Shown: piece by piece, positions 40,526 to 41,106 of the stretch
Layout: each line of letters starts with the position of its first letter
How positions within the stretch are numbered: the stretch's first letter is position 1
Assembly (NCBI GenBank): GCA_046583315.1
Contig: JAYGCN010000247.1
Coordinates: forward strand, 1 to 41,106
DNA: 41,106 nucleotides
From: Candidatus Hydrogenedentota bacterium
Lineage (GTDB): Bacteria; Hydrogenedentota; Hydrogenedentia; Hydrogenedentales; GCA-2746185
Direction of reading: 5' to 3'
Program-made: the position numbers and the translations under genes
The notes under the pieces: generated by a model
The model's database searches: none
The model's input: only the letters and a program-made list of their open reading frames with translations
What the model was told of the DNA's origin: nothing

Positions 40526-41106
40526 ATGGCTTTGGAAAATGTGTATATCACGGCGGCGACGCGCACGGCGGTGGGTAAAGCGGGGCGTGGATCGCTGGTG
40601 AATGTGCGGCCGGATGACATGGCGGCGGCGGTGTTGGCATCGGTGTGTGAACGATCGGGGATTTCGCCGGACCAGGTGGAGGATGTGACGCTGGGTTGTG
40701 CGATGCCGGAACAGGCACAGGGCGTGAACGTGGCGCGTATCGCTGCGATCGCGGCGGGTATGCCGGAAACGACGAGCGGCGTGACGATTAATCGTTTCTG
40801 CTCGTCCGGACTTGAAGCGATGGCGATGACTGCGGGAAAAATCAGTGCGGGCATGTTGGATGTCGCGATTGCTGGCGGTACGGAATCGATGTCGATGGTG
40901 CAAATGCCGGGCGCGAAGGTATCGCCGAATCCTCGATTGAGCAAGGAGAAGCCGGAGGTGTATATCGGTATGGGGAACGCAGGGGATAATGTTGCGAAGG
41001 ATTTTGATATCAGTCGCGAGGATATTGACGCATTCGCTCTGGCGAGTAATCAGAAGGCGGCTGCGGCGGTTGCCGAGGGTAAGTTTTCCGATGAGATAAC
41101 TGCACT
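40526..41106 (+). CDS. fadA: Acetyl-CoA C-acyltransferase (thiolase), 3'-truncated by window edge; absent from ORF track
   Basis: GGAGG RBS; MALENVYITAATRTAVGKAGRG, EDVTLGCAMPE, TINRFCSSGL, IAGGTESMS. Confidence 0.95.
   Translation, partial: MALENVYITAATRTAVGKAGRGSLVNVRPDDMAAAVLASVCERSGISPDQVEDVTLGCAMPEQAQGVNVARIAAIAAGMPETTSGVTINRFCSSGLEAMAMTAGKISAGMLDVAIAGGTESMSMVQMPGAKVSPNPRLSKEKPEVYIGMGNAGDNVAKDFDISREDIDAFALASNQKAAAAVAEGKFSDEITA

Noticed and set aside
40142..40944. Minus-strand ORFs of 253 and 145 aa
   Set aside because: The real gene is the plus-strand thiolase starting at 40526, missed by the track because it runs off the window

Overview
Bacterial chromosomal window of moderately high GC, densely coding, with no rRNA, tRNA, CRISPR array, transposase or phage gene recognised. 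Housekeeping genes include lepA-lepB, sixA, ddl, dapF, purN, clpS-clpA-aat, a CIRCE-controlled groEL with no adjacent groES, serC, an acyl-CoA carboxyltransferase and a fadN/fadA-like beta-oxidation pair. Lipoprotein, Tat, TPR and CFI-box-CTERM proteins suggest a diderm, probably poorly studied lineage (Hydrogenedentota-like is a guess). The most interesting items are: (1) a promoter-to-terminator three-gene operon (unannotated TM/Zn-ribbon microprotein, double-Zn-ribbon/TM/TPR protein, secreted S1/P1-nuclease-like protein lacking most Zn ligands plus TPR); (2) a signal peptidase I carrying a second, degenerate peptidase domain; (3) a di-heme bCcP/MauG-family protein with the inter-heme Trp and the predicted axial ligand substituted; (4) an ECF sigma-ankyrin fusion; (5) two copies of a covarying double-hairpin element directly after the stops of two divergent genes; (6) a TlpA/FG-GAP gene split by one in-frame TAG; (7) strong, patchy G/T strand skew in the right third. 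All family calls come from motif recognition by eye; no searches were run.
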